From Squalus acanthias (taxonomy: Eukaryota): a stretch of 64,000 nt of DNA. Each line of letters opens with the position of its first letter. Positions within the stretch are counted from its first letter, which is position 1. Shown in pieces: positions 20,771-33,720 of the stretch. The position numbers were made by a program, and so were the translations under genes. Under the pieces are notes generated by a model. The model made no database searches and was not told where the DNA came from. It saw only the letters and a list, made by a program, of their open reading frames with translations. The stretch spans positions 126,358,001 to 126,422,000 of the forward strand of contig CM059431.1 of NCBI GenBank assembly GCA_030390025.1, given 5' to 3'.

Positions 20771-23700
20771 ATTTCATATTTACAGCATTCACTTGCAGAG
20801 GGAAGAGGAAGACACAGAAGAGGAGGAAGTAGAAGGAAGGATGCACCCCAGACAGCTCCTTTGTGGCTGGGATATCTGGGATGGAATCATTTTGCCTCCG
20901 GTCCCAGTGACCACAACCCCAATTCCCCTTTCAACATTTGTCCCACACCTTACCTCCCACCTGTTACTGACCATCACAACGTCCTCTTGAATGCTGAAAT
21001 AAAAGCCACCACAAAGCAAACTTTCCAATCCACCTATATATGTCTATCCATTCAAAGTGACATCAAGAAAACAACTCATCACCCTTATGCATTCTCTTAG
21101 TGACTGTCTTGTGTGTGCCTTTGCCTAACTACTGATGTCACGCAGTGCTACCACAATGGCTGCAGCATGGCTGGTGGAAGGCTGCTGACTTTCAGTGGGG
21201 AACACTGCAAATGTCCTTGCTGGCTGACCTCAAGGAGCTGGTGGCTGGGAGTGTCAAATCAATCTTCTTCTTCTTCACTCTCCTCTTCCTCTTCTTGGTC
21301 ACCCACTGGCTGGGCAGGCTGCATTTCTTGGGTGTGTGAAATTAGGAAGCCACAAGGGTGGAGTTGTGCTGATGGGAGGGCGGGAAAGCATGAGGTGTAT
21401 GCCAGAAGGAGGATAAAGTATGAGAATACCAGCATCTTCTATCCTTTCAGCCCAGCCGCTGGTCAAGGGCTCAGCCATGCCCCTGCCAAGAATGGTCTGC
21501 TTCGTCTCCTCCAAGGGGGTGAGATGAGGCTAGGAATGGGAGATGTGCCTTGTGATTGATGCATATTGATGGTAGGTGAGTGACTAGGGCTGGGGGTTGT
21601 GCATTGAGGAGTGTGTGAGGCTAGTGGTGCAGTTGGTAGGAAACGGCTTTTGAAGATGCATTCACTGACCTTGACCAGTGGCCTGAAGTCATAAAGCTTC
21701 TTTGGACACTGGAGCCAGGCTGTGGGGCAACACTGCTGGCAGTGACAGCCTCGATGATGTACTCCCACATTGTTCTTTCTGGAGGGCCTCCTGGCCCCTG
21801 TGGGTAGAGGGCCTGTCTTGCAGTGTTGACCCCCTGCACAAAGCTGGAGTGCTGCACGCGAGACCCTGGGTGCCCCTTCCCTGGCTTGCTGAGCCAATTT
21901 TGTTCGTGCTGAGGCATTTTTCCATTTTTTTGAGGTTAGGAAGGTAATTCAGCTTTAAAAGCTGAATATTCACATTTGGGACTTCTATTTAATGTTAAAT
22001 ATTTTTTTAAAAGGCAGAAAGGGCTGAAAACTGCATTGTTTCACTTCATTTTAATTTGTATTTCTTCAGTGTGCATGGCCCCTTTAATTCTCAGACCGTT
22101 TCATCGCCCACAATTCCTTGCAAGCTCCACAGCTTCGATTCCAGAGACTGTGTGACGCTCTAAGCCACACCTGGAGAGAAACGTTGTCTCGGATGCCTCC
22201 AGCAACACCACCAGGACGGCATTGCATGGAAGGTAAGCGTTGCACCAACAATCTCCTGCCCCCCCAGACGAATTTTGCCCTGTTAGCTTTGCGGCCATTT
22301 TCAGCGGCTGTTAGCTCCAGTTGCCGGTGACACCGACAACTTTACTGGCGAACACTAATATTTCCCACTTAATTCTTTCTTTTGTGCCTTTTGGAGAGTT
22401 ATGTAGATTATATTCCCTATTGTGGGCTGAAATTGGAAGACTGAAGTTGCAAAGGCAGAAAGATGAAAAGGAGAACGGCAGAAAGATAAACCGATGCAGA
22501 AGTACTCAATGGTTTATCTATAACAGATGAAGTTCCAAGGTATTTGGTTTAGAAGGAGAGTATGGAAATATATAAGCATTGTAATAGAACAATAATAGAT
22601 TTTAATTGTATATAAAGAGTGGATATGGTGGAGCTTATTTATAAAGAGAAAATATTTCCTCTAGGATGTCTAGAGTCAATAATTGCGCAAGTGAGTGGTA
22701 AGTTTTGGTTGAGATGTAAGATAGTTCCAAATTGAAATGCATATTTTGCTATTATGCTTCTGTTGGAGTAATGCAACAAATTAGCACAGATAACACTGAG
22801 GAGTTAAAATCCAGTCAGGGAATTTTCATTCAGTATGGGGCTTCCCTTAAAAAATGTTTTCAATACCTTTAACTAAAAATGTTCTTCAGAACCTATTGAG
22901 AAGTTTAGAAAAAAAATCTTTATATTGAGTGAAAAATTCTCTGCCGCAAACTGTTGTTGAAGCAAAATCCATAAGCAATTTTTAAAAGAGAATGAAATAT
23001 TTCTTGAAAAAGAGGAATAGAAAAGGGTATAGGGAGCAATTAGAAGAATGGATTTTGACTGGGTAGTCCATGAGAAAAACACTCACATAGACTTGATGGG
23101 ATAAATGGCCTGTTTCAGTGCTATAACATGCTATGATTCTTAAAAACTTTCCTGCACCATTGAATACTTTAGCCCTTCATGGGCTTAGGGATCATGGAAG
23201 AAAACCTGGCAGTGGCTCATGTCTGGATTTTAAAGAGATCTTCAGAAGGTGAACATTTTGGCTTGAGGAAATGGATTTGAAATGCAACTTAATTCTGAAG
23301 ACTTAAAAAAAATATGGGGAGGGGTCATGAGGATAACTAACCCAAAACCGGCTTTGCTGGACTGCACTTTGCACCTCCAGTAATTAGTAAAAATGCTAGG
23401 ATTTTACAAAGACATTACAAGACTGAATGTGGAAATGCTCAAATATTTTCCCCTATTGACAGGAGTTGATCATTTGTTCAGCCGTTAAAGTAATAATCTA
23501 CTGAATACATTGCTCATAGTGAAGCAAATAGACAACACAGTTTGGTCAACGTTAGAATGAAAAGTTTTTTGGGGTATTATTTTTTCAAAAGTTAGAATGA
23601 GGAATAAATTGAAGAGAAAACGCTCTTTTCCTCACAGCTTAGAAATTACTGTTGTGTTAGCTACGGATGCATAGCTCACTCATATGAAATTCCTCGATTC

Positions 23701-26303
23701 ATTATTTTAATGGCATGGTAACCAATTTATGTTGAATGGGTTAATGACTGTGAAAATATCACGTGAATACATCAAGTGTTCGCATGCGAACATTTGCAAC
23801 AGTCATTTTCAAACCTATGGGGGAGATTTTCCCATTGGAGGCGGGTTGGAGGTGGGTTTCGGTTTGGGTGGGTTCCAAACCCGCCTCCACTGTCAGGTGG
23901 AAAACATTTGCGATTTTCCCCTAATTGGCCAGTTGATTTCAGAGGTGTGGGTTCCCCTGGGAAAATTAGTCTTTTGGGACTGAAACTCGCCTCTGCTGAC
24001 GTCACTTATCCAGCTTCATTTAAGGGCTGCTTGCTGCCTTGGCTCATTCCACTGGTTTTTGGTCGATTCTGCACCACCTCCAAACTTTTATCTCATTGAA
24101 GAATGGCCAGCTCCAAGGCAAGTGCCTCCCTGAGGTTCTCGGATGAGACGCTGGGTATCCTGGTTGAGGAGGTGAGAGCTAGCAGGGAGGTGCTCTTCCC
24201 CTCATCTGGGAGGAAGCGCTCTCCCAAAGAAACCAAGGCTGTGTGGGTCCAGCTGGCAAGGGATATAACCTTCAGATCTGTGTGCAGCAGGACATGGCTG
24301 CAGTGCCGTAAAAGGTTCAATCACCTTGTAAGATCAAGCAAAGTGAATATACCATCAGCTTGACCCTCCTTCTGCTCCCCTTCTCCTCTCATCACCAGCA
24401 CTCTGCATTGTCAACCTCCTCCTACATATCCCACTTTAACCTTCCAACCCTTGCACCTTTACCATCCTTCTCACTCTGTGAACCCAATCACTTCACGATT
24501 CGACAATGTTGCCCTCACACTCCCTTTCAATGTTATGCAATGACAACGACTAACAACGCACAGGGAGGGCCCTTGGACATGGAACCTCACTCCATCTTTG
24601 TCTCCTTCTAAGCATCTATGCTCTGGACTCTCTACACTCACTCCATCGTTCTCACTCCAACTCCACTTGTCTCCCCCACTGCAGGAAAAGAGAGCCCACA
24701 ATAGAAGGGAAAGGGCGAAGATTGGAGGAAGGCCACCTTCTCACCCAGGCTGAAGAGACAGCCCTGGACATTGCCGATGCAGCGGTGGAAGTGGAAGTGG
24801 GGGACGGACAGACGGGCAATGCAGACCAAGCTGGTGACAGAATAGTTTTGCGTCTCTCTCATTTACTTCTTCTTAGGCAGTCCCTTGGAACTAAGGATGA
24901 CTGCTTCCACACTAAAAATGAGTTCTCAGGTGACTGCTAAGTCCAATGCGGGACCTACAGTCTCTGTCACAGGTGGGGCAGATGATGGTTATAGGGGCAG
25001 GTGGGTGGGGTGCTTGGGTTGACAGGCGCTCCTTCCGCTGTTTGTGCTTGGCTTCCACTTGCTCCCGGCGAAGAGTCTCGAGGTGTTCGGCGCCTTCCCG
25101 AATGCTTCTCCTTCACTTTGTGCGGTCTTGGGCCAGGAATTCACAGGTGTCGGTGGGGATGTTGCACTTTTTCAAGGAGGCTTTGAGGGTGTCCTTGAAG
25201 TGTTTCCTCTGCCCACCTGGGGCTCGCTTGCTGTGTCAGAGCTCCGAGTAGAGCACTTGTTTTGGGAGTCTCGTATCAGGCATGCGGACGATGTGGCCCT
25301 TCCATCTGAGCTGATTGAGTGTGGTCAAAGCTTCGATGCTGGGGATGTTGGCCTGAGTGAGAACACTGACATTGGTGCGCCTATCCTGCCAATGGATTTG
25401 CAGGATCTTGCGGAGGCAGCGTTGGTGGTATCTCTCCAGTGCTTTGAGATGCCTGCTGTACATGGTCCATGTCTCTGAAGCATACAGGAGGGCGTGTATC
25501 ACTACTGCTCTGTAGACCATGAGCTTGGTGCTAGGTTTGAGGTCCTGGTCTTCAAACACTCTCTTCCTCAGGCGACCGGAGGCTGCACTGGCACACTGAA
25601 GGCAGTGTTGGAATTCGTCATCGACGCCTGCACTTGTTGACAGTAGGCTCCCGAGGTATGGAAAGTGGTCCACATTGTCCAAGGCCTCATCATGCATTTT
25701 AAAATCTTTTCTTGCTCTCGAGTTCTGTTGCTGTTTCCAGATCAGGAATGCCTTGTGCTTGCGGCCTTATTACCTCCTGGATCTCCTGGTCGTTCTAGTC
25801 GAACCAGTCTTGCTGTTTCCTGGTCGAATGACCGAGCGTCTCTTCACAGGTGCTGATTATGGATGCCTTGAGTGCAGACCAAGCGCTGTGGACACTCTGG
25901 GCTCGATTTTACCAGACCCAAGGAGGCAGGTTTGGAGGCGTGTGAGTTGTCAAAATCGCAAAAAATGGCGGGTGGGTCCGATCCCGCCTCCATCCCGCCT
26001 CTGAGCAAATTTCCCACATTTGTGGTTTCAGACCCCATTTCCATCCCGCCTCCAAGAGGCGGGATAGGCCCTTAAGGCCCTTAACAACAAGTTAATTGCC
26101 TCTATAATCCCATTTTGAGAGACCTTTCTGATTTTAACACATTTCCCCCATCCTGCACATCTCCTCTGGAACACGCCAGTTAATCTGATGGCCTCACAAG
26201 CTGCAGCTCCACCATTAAAAAGGAGTTTTCACTGATGATCATTTGCAAGTGGCAGAACTTTGTTTTCTCAGGTCTGGGGGAACTTTAAGTAGGCATACTC
26301 TAT

Positions 26304-26969
26304 GGGCTGGATTTTGATACTGGGGCGGGTTGGGGTCGTGTCATCCACTTTTCGTGTCATCCACCCGCCTGCAATTGGATGTGGGAGATTGATGCGATTT
26401 TCACCTAATTGGGCAATTGAGTTCCAGCATGTGTGAACCCATGACCCAATTAGTGTTTTCAGTCCAAAAGTCGCCTCTGATGATGTCATCATTGCTGTTG
26501 CATTGAAGGTCTTCAAAGACTGCCTGGCCTTTGCTGTGAGAGGACCTGGATACAAAATGAGCAGCAGCAGCCCTACGTCTGCTCCCAGATATTTTTACAC
26601 CACCACTCCCAGATATGTTTTCTCCACATAGCCATCCATATATGCATCCCCACAGCCAGCCATCCAAATGTGCTCCTGCCAGGTTTCACATTCGTGGTTC
26701 AGAACAGGCGTGCTTCACATAGAAAAAGAGTTAAAATCACAAAGGCCTTTCAAAATGGCATTATAGAGGCAATTTAGTGCTTGTTAAGGGCCTTAACAGC
26801 CTATCCCGCCTCTTAGAGGTGGGACGGAGTCGGGACCAGCAGACACGATTTAATGAAAATTGTGTGGAGGCGGGATGGAGGCGGGCTTGTGCCTGCCCGC
26901 CAGTTTTCGCAATTTTAACCCCCCACACGCCTCCAAACCCGTCTCCACGGGTCAATGAAAATCCAGCCC
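26304..26969. mobile_element. Harbinger-type MITE (family of 16191-16984, inverted)
   Basis: Same gggctggatttt TIRs and internal homology. Confidence 0.85.
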
Positions 26970-27462
26970 ATCGTTGTGGAAGTTTGGAGCCTGACACCCA
27001 TCTCTAGGGTGACCTTCTGGGAAACCCCTCTCCGCACCTTGACTGAGCACTTCCTTAACTGAGGTATATACCAGAAGCATAGGCACCATTTATTTCCTTT
27101 CCTCCTGGACATCAGATTCGGACGAAGACCAGCTGCGGCAGCAGCAGAACCCAGAACAACAGCACCACCAACAGCAGCAGCAACAACAGGAGCGCCAAGC
27201 TGCTGCTCACCCACCTGAAGTTGCACAGGCCAGAAGGCGCCAGCGCGCGACCACATTGCTGCACGGGATGCAAGGGACGCACTCATTTTAGCCAGATTTG
27301 CTTAGCCTGCACAATCAAACACATTTGCCTCGCACCTTCTTACCAGAGCATCGACAATGGACAAGAACCTACGGCTTCCTATCATTCTGACCACAATACT
27401 GACAATTGCAAGTCGCCCTAAGCCCTCAATGTGAATGTCCCATTTGCGAAATGGCATAGGCC

Positions 27463-27580
27463 ACAACATAGAAACATAGAATCTAGGAGCAGGAGTAGGC
27501 CATTCGGCCCGTCGAGCCTGCTCCACCATTCAATACGATCATGGCTGATCATCCAAATCCAGTACCCTGTCCCTGCTTAA
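27463..27580 (-). mobile_element. CR1 LINE 3' tail fragment
   Basis: acatagaaacatagaatctaggagcaggagtaggccattcggccc, a typical reverse-strand CR1 3' end. Confidence 0.65.
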
Positions 27581-27589
27581 TCCCCAAAG

Positions 27590-27895
27590 TACACATATCC
27601 CACCCTACCCCCGTAACCCCACGTATTTAATTCCCCCTAACATATCCCAACCTATCCCCATAACCCCACATATTTAATACCCCCCTAACACTAAGGGTCA
27701 ATTTATCATAGCCAAATCAACCTAACCCGCACATTTTTGGACTGTGGGAGGAAACCGGAGCACCCGGAGGAAACCCACGCAGACACGGGGAGAATGTGCA
27801 AACTCCACACAGACAGTCACCCGAGGTCAGATTCGAACCCGGGTCCCTGGTGCTGTGAGGCACCAGTGCTAACCACTATGCCACCGTGTTGCCCT
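27590..27895 (-). mobile_element. tRNA-derived V-SINE (HE1-like)
   Basis: A box tggcatagtgg, B box ggttcgaatc, V-domain gtgtggagtttgcacattctccccgtgtctgcgtgggtttcctccggg. Confidence 0.88.
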
Positions 27896-30800
27896 TCAAC
27901 AGTTTGCCTAGAAATCTGTTTATTATAACAATTCAAGGATGGCTTGTCAAAAATCAATACAACAGAACACCCAAGTGACTACCCTTGTGACTACTTGTGA
28001 TTTATCTTCCTCTTACGCATGCTTCTATGTGATGCTTCCCCTGTGGCTTCAGCAGATGTGGAGGCCCCTTGCTCACTTTCTTGCTGCTCCTGTCTTGACA
28101 CCTTTGGCGGGCATCGTTTGGGGTTGCGAACCTGTGAGGGCTCAGCAACAGTCTGCTACTCCTGCGGCTGTGCTGGGGCTGAGACGACCATCTCAGTTGG
28201 GTGAGGACTCTGGTGGGGCTCTGACCGAGGGCTTTGCAGTGGCATGGTCGTGTGAGTGCTTGGAGAGGAGCCCCCACTTCCTTGTTGTCTGCCGCCAACA
28301 TCCCTCTCATGGGTCAGCCCCACTTCAGAGCTAGCAAGTGGCTGGACAGCACCTTGCTGCACTGCAGGGGGTCTGTGAGGACCCGTTTCTGCACTGAAAG
28401 TCCTACTCAAGAGGACTTCCATGAAGGTCAGGTTTGTTTGCTCAATAGCTGACCATCGCTCCTCCAGAGATGTCATTCTATTCTGAACAATTACCATGTT
28501 TTCATACCCGGGTGACTAAACTCCTCCATGGCCATAGTCCTCCTCTCCTCTACCGTAGCCATCCTCTCCTCTACGGTAGCCAGCCTTACCAGGGAGTAAG
28601 CCATCCTTCCACGGAGGTTGCCATCCTTTCCGTGGTGATGCGTTCATGCGCCAATGCCTCCACCAAGGCTCTGCTCATGTTCGCAATGGTCTCCTCCATT
28701 CGCTCCACACTCGCAGCGACCCTGGAGACAAAACCTGCCAGAGACTCCTGCACCTGTTCCTGGAGTTCCAGCACCGCTCTCCTTCTGGATAAACCCAGAG
28801 GCACAGGGTCGACATGCAGCTGAGCCGAGCTGGCAGAGTCCTGCGCCCTCCGATGAGGACTCTCCACTGCTGTCCCTGTCTCCACCATCTGCTGATGCTC
28901 ACTTGTGAGCTGTGATACACCAGGTGACAACACTACTCTATCTCGCGAAGGTCCCACCGAAGTGTGAGTGTCTGCGCTGGTGCTGGGTGTGCTGAATTCT
29001 GCTGACGCTGCGCCCTCAGAGGTTGCAGCTTCCTCTGAGGAGTCTGGGGGCTCAGGTTGTTCCTCCTGGACAGTGGGGACGGGGGCTTTCGATGGTCCTG
29101 TGGGGGAGTAAAGGAAAGAGTTAGAGATGTGTGGTAAACGTTGCATGCACATTAAATTGTGCAGATGATAAGTCAATCTGTTCGAGCATCAGATTCATTA
29201 TCAGTCACTCATGCAATGTCAATGAGAGAGATACTAAACTATTCTGTCACCAGCTTGCTGTGATGCGCCCGTCTTTCCATCCCCCACTTGCGAATCGTCC
29301 TCCACTCCGACGATCTCCAGGGCCGCCTCCTCCGAGGTGGTGAGCTGGGCTACTGAGGGTGGCCCTCCTCCTGTCCTCGCTCTTTCCTTCTTATTGTGGG
29401 TTCTCTTTTCCTGCAATGAGGGACACAAGTGGAGTTTGAGTGAGAATGAAGGAGTGAGTGTAGAGAATCCGTAGCATAGATGCTTAGAAGGAGACAAAGG
29501 GCCCTCCCTGTGTGTTGTAAGTTGTTATCATTGCCTCACAGTGATAGGGCGTGTGAGGGCTGCATGGCCGAATAATTAAGTGAATGCGCCCATTGAGAGA
29601 GAGAGGGAATGGGTAAGAGTGCAGAGATTTAAGGGTCAAGTGGGATGTGGAGGAAGAGGTTGGCAAAGCAGAGTGCTGGTGATGAGAGGCGATGGGGATC
29701 AGATTGAGGGTGATGGGAATGTCATACCCTGTGTGGAGAAGGTCATGAAACTTCTTCCTGCACTGCAGCCAGGTTCTGCAGCACATAGAAATTGCGTTTA
29801 CCTCTTGGGCCACTTGCAGCCACACAGCTTTAGTCTGCTGGGGAGGCCTTTTCCTACCTGAGGAAGGGAAGAGCACCTTCTTATTTGCTCTTGCTCCCTC
29901 CACCAGATCTTGGAGGGAGGCCTCATCGAATCTTGGAGCACACTTTGGTCGACTGGTGGACATAGTTGCTGAAGGGACCACTCAGAACAATGGGCATAAA
30001 GTTTAAAGGCTGTAAAAGAAGCAAGGCTGCTTGCAGGCCTTAAATCCAACAGCATTGATGACGTCATCGGAGGCGACCTTCTGTATGAAAAGGCTCATTG
30101 GGCCAGGGGTTTCCACACGCTGGAAATCAAGTGCCCAATTAGGGCAAAATCGCACTTTTGTCCACTTCACATCGGAGTCGGGATCCTGACACGACGACCA
30201 CCTGACATGCCCCCAACCCGCCCCAATGGCAAAATCAAGTCCTCTGTGTCTCTGAATCACTGGGAGTCGTCAGGTTGGTTGTGAGGCGTAGGCTCAATAG
30301 GGCTTTCTTAGCAGGGTGTTTGAGTGCTCCAGCGTTGATTTTCCTGCGGCATTGCTTCTGTTGCCGCTGCTGTTTTGGGGCTACGTTGATGGAGATGAGA
30401 GAGTGGATTAGGCGGTGGTCTGTCCAGCAGTCGTCAGCTCCTGTCGTGGCATGGGTGATGTGGACGTCCTTGCGGTCTCTCGCTCGGACAATGACGTAGT
30501 CCAGCAGATGCCAGTGCTTGGAGCAAGGGTGTTGCCATGAAGCCTTGTACTTGTCTCTCTGATGGAACAAGGTGTTGGTTATGACAAGGCCATGTTCTAA
30601 GCATTTCGTTCGGAGGAGTGTACCGTTGGAGTTGGCTTTCCCTACCCCCTCTCTGCCGATCACACCTCCCCAGAGGTCTGTGTCCTTTCCAACTCTGGCG
30701 TTGAAGTCGCCAAGGAGGATCAGCTTATCGCCCGTTGGGACTCGGGACAGGGATTGTTCGAGGCTGGAGTAGAATTCCTCTTTGGTCTGGTCTGTTGCTT

Positions 30801-31439
30801 CCAGTGTTGGGGCGTACGCACTGATGACCGTAGCGCACAGGTTCTGGGCTAGGCTGAGCCGTAGAGTCATGAGTAGTTCGTTTATTCCACAAGGGGAGTC
30901 TCTGAGACGTTCAACTAGCTCATTTTTTATGGCGAAGCCTACCCCATGGAGGCGGCGTTCTTCTTCAGGCTTGCCTTTCCAGAAGAAGGTGTAGCCACCG
31001 CCTTGCTCTTGAGCTGGCCTTCCCCTGCCCGGCGGGTCATGCTTAGGGCAGCGATGTCTATGTCGAAATGTCTGAGCTCCCGGGCAATGATAGCAGTACA
31101 GCGTTCTGGTCTGTCGCTGTTGGGATTGTCCATGAGGGTCCTGACGTTCCAGGTCCCGAATTTCATTTTAAAGGGTGGAAGATGCCTGTGTGTGAATTCT
31201 TTTAACGTGCGGTGGCCGTTGCACACCAGCTACCACACGGGCTTGACAGAGCAAGATCTTGGTCCAATGGCAAGGGGATCCAAGACGATTGGAGACCAGG
31301 CTCTGCGACATCGGCCTAGCACACACACACAAACATACTCCTACTGTCCTCCTCCTTCCTTCCCGCAGGTCCTCTCTGCCTGGGTTTCATAGGCTGCAGT
31401 GTGGTCCTCCCGACCTCGCTGCTGGTCCATGCTGTGCCA

Positions 31440-32460
31440 CTCCTGGGCCTCGACGTCGCTGCTGGGCTCGTCCTTTCTCCTGGGCCTCGTCCTCGCTCCT
31501 GGGTCCCGACCTTGCTCCTGGGCCTCGACCTCGCTCCTGGGCCCCGTCCTCGCTCCTGGGCCTCGTCCTCGCTCCTGGGCCTCGACCTCGCCCCTGGGTT
31601 CCATCCTCTCCCCTGGGCCTCGTCCTCGCTCCTGGGCCTCATCCTCGCTCCTGGGCCCCTTCCTCGCTCCTTGGCCCCATCCTCGCTCCTGGGCCTCGTC
31701 CTCGTCCCTGGGTTCCGTCTTTGCCCCAGCGTCCCATCCTCGCTCCTGGGCCTCGTCCTCGCTCCTGGGCCTCATCCTCGCCCCTGGGCCTCATCCTCGC
31801 CCCTGGGTCCCATCATCGCTCCTGGGCCTCGTCCTCACTCCTGGATCCCGTTCTCGCCCCTGGTTCCCGTCCTCATCCCTGGGCCCCGTCCTCGCCCCTG
31901 GGCCCCGACATCGCTCCTGGGCCCCGTCCTCGCCCCTGGGCCCCGACATCGCCCCTGGGTCCCGTCCTCGCCCCTGGGCCCCGTCATCGCCCCTGGGCCC
32001 CGACATCGCTCCTGGGCCCCGTCCTCGCCCCTGGGCCCCGTCCTCGCCCCTGGGCCTCGTCCTCGCCCCTGGGTCCCGACCTCGCTCCTGGGCCTCGACC
32101 TCACACCTGGGTCCCGACCTCGCTCCTGAGCCTCAACCTCACTCCTGGGCCCCGTCCTCGCTCCTGGGCCCTGTCCTTGTCCCTGGGTCCCGACCTCGCT
32201 CCTGGGCTCGACCTCACTCCTGGGCCCCGTCCTCATCCCTGGGTCCCGACCTCAGTCCTGGGCCTCGACCTCACTCCTGGGCCCCGTCCTCATCCCTGGG
32301 CCTCGACCTTGCTCCTGGGCCTTGACCTCACTCCTGGGCCTCGACCTCACTCCTGGGCCCCGTCCTCGCCCCTGGGTCCCGTCCTCATCCCTGGGTCCCG
32401 ACCTCGCTCCTGGGACTCGAACTCGCTCCTGGGCCTTGAACTCGCTCCTGGGTACCGACC
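31440..32460. repeat. GC-rich VNTR, ~19-bp unit (cctcgctcctgggcctcgt-like), ~50 copies
   Basis: Direct inspection; produces spurious long ORFs in all frames. Confidence 0.92.
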
Positions 32461-33720
32461 TCCTTATAGCGTGTCTCCTTCTAGTGATTGTGTCCCGCGG
32501 TGTCTCCTTCCAGTGAGTGTGCAACGCGGTGTCTCCTTCTACTGAGTGTGCTTGTTTTACTCTGCTTGAGTGACTGAAATGGCTGCTGGTGTACATTATT
32601 AGAGTGCCACTTGCACATCTGCACTATTGCATGTGCATGCCACATTTCCATGAAATGTCGAAACCATGCCTTTACTCCCCCACAGGGACCATCCACAGAG
32701 CCCCCCCACCCACTGTCGATGAGGAAGAGGCTGAGCAGCAAGACTCCTCAGGGGAACCTGCAACCTCTGAGGATGCAGTGTCAGCAGATGTAAGCGCACC
32801 CAGCACCAGCGCAGATATGCACACCTCGGTGGGATGTTCGGGACATAGAGTAGTGTTGTCACCGTGTGTATCACATCTCACAGGTGAGCATCAGCAGGTG
32901 GTGGAGACAGGGACAGCAGTGAAGAGTCCTCGGCGGAGGTCACAGGACTCTCAGCTCTGCTCAGCTGCATGTGGACCCTGTGCCTTTGGGTCCATCCAGG
33001 AGAGCGGCGCTGGAACTCCAGGAGCAGATGCAGGAATCTCTGGCAGGTTTTGTCTTCAGGGTCACTGCGAGTGTGGAGAGGATGGAGGAGTCCATCTCTA
33101 ACATGAGCAGTGCCTTTGTGGAGGCAATGGCGCATGAACGCACCACCATGGAAAGGATGGCAACCTCTGTGGAAAGGATGGCTACCTCTGTGGTAACGAT
33201 GGCTACCTCTCTGGAAAGGGTGGCTACGGTAGAGGAGAGGATGGCTATGGCCATGGAGGACCTAAGTCGCCAGAGTCTGAAAAACATGGTGAATGCTCAG
33301 AATAGACTGACATCTCTGGAGGAGCGATGGGCAGCTATTGAGCAGATAAACCAGAGCTTCATGGAAGTCCTTCTGAGTAGGACTGCCAGTGCAGATACAG
33401 GTCCCCATGGCCCCCTGATGTGCAGCAAGGTGCTCTGAAGCCACATGCTAGCACTGAAGTGGGGCTGACCCATGAGAGAGAAGTTGGTGGCAGAGAATAA
33501 GGAAGTGGGGGCTCCTCTCCAAGCGCTCACACTTCCATGCAACTGTGTAGCCCTCGGTCAGAGCCCCACCAAAGTCCGCACCCAACTGAGATGGGCCATC
33601 TCAGCCCCTGTAACTGCCGCAGGATGAGCAGATATTTGGCGAGCACTCACAGGCTCAGAAACCCAGAGGACGCCCGCCAAAGGTGTCGAAGCAGGAGCAG
33701 CATGAAAGTGAGCGAGGGGC

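Larger units (their letters stand above)
17744..22368. mobile_element. Decayed Harbinger element (Myb/SANT remnant on minus strand ~21660-21897), interrupted by a LINE
   Basis: TTA flanks; degenerate TIRs; MAQQAREGAPRVS...WLQCPKKLYDF Myb/SANT-like remnant; acidic transposase 3' remnant at ~20790. Confidence 0.55.
25899..30242. mobile_element. Harbinger transposon B (same family as A, opposite orientation, transposase mostly deleted) inserted in the RTE
   Basis: TIRs gggctcgatttt / aaaatcaagtcc; TSD TCT; removing it restores RTE TPSDSETQSVHSA; Myb exon 1 at 29963-29729 (-). Confidence 0.88.
24868..32555 (-). mobile_element. RTE-clade (BovB-like) LINE with internal deletion and GC-rich 5' extension
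   Basis: MKFGTWNVRTLMD endonuclease start (~31166), SAYAPT, LGDFNARVG, FPYLGS...LLYASETW; (TTC) tail at 24868; candidate TSD TTTACT (24862-24867, 32556-32561). Confidence 0.8.
24103..33720 (+). pseudogene. Spliced Myb/SANT-like DNA-binding protein gene of Harbinger A (exons ~24103-24342, ~24684-24832, ~32685-33720)
   Basis: RFSDETLGILVEEV...W...RTWLQCRKRFNHL; AG acceptors before 24684 and 32685; heptad MATSVER repeats in exon 3; colinear with element B. Confidence 0.75.

Noticed and set aside
31259..32545. Long Pro/Arg/Ser-rich ORFs (428, 308 and 242 aa, plus antisense)
   Set aside because: By-products of a stop-poor 19-bp GC-rich VNTR that is open in several frames.
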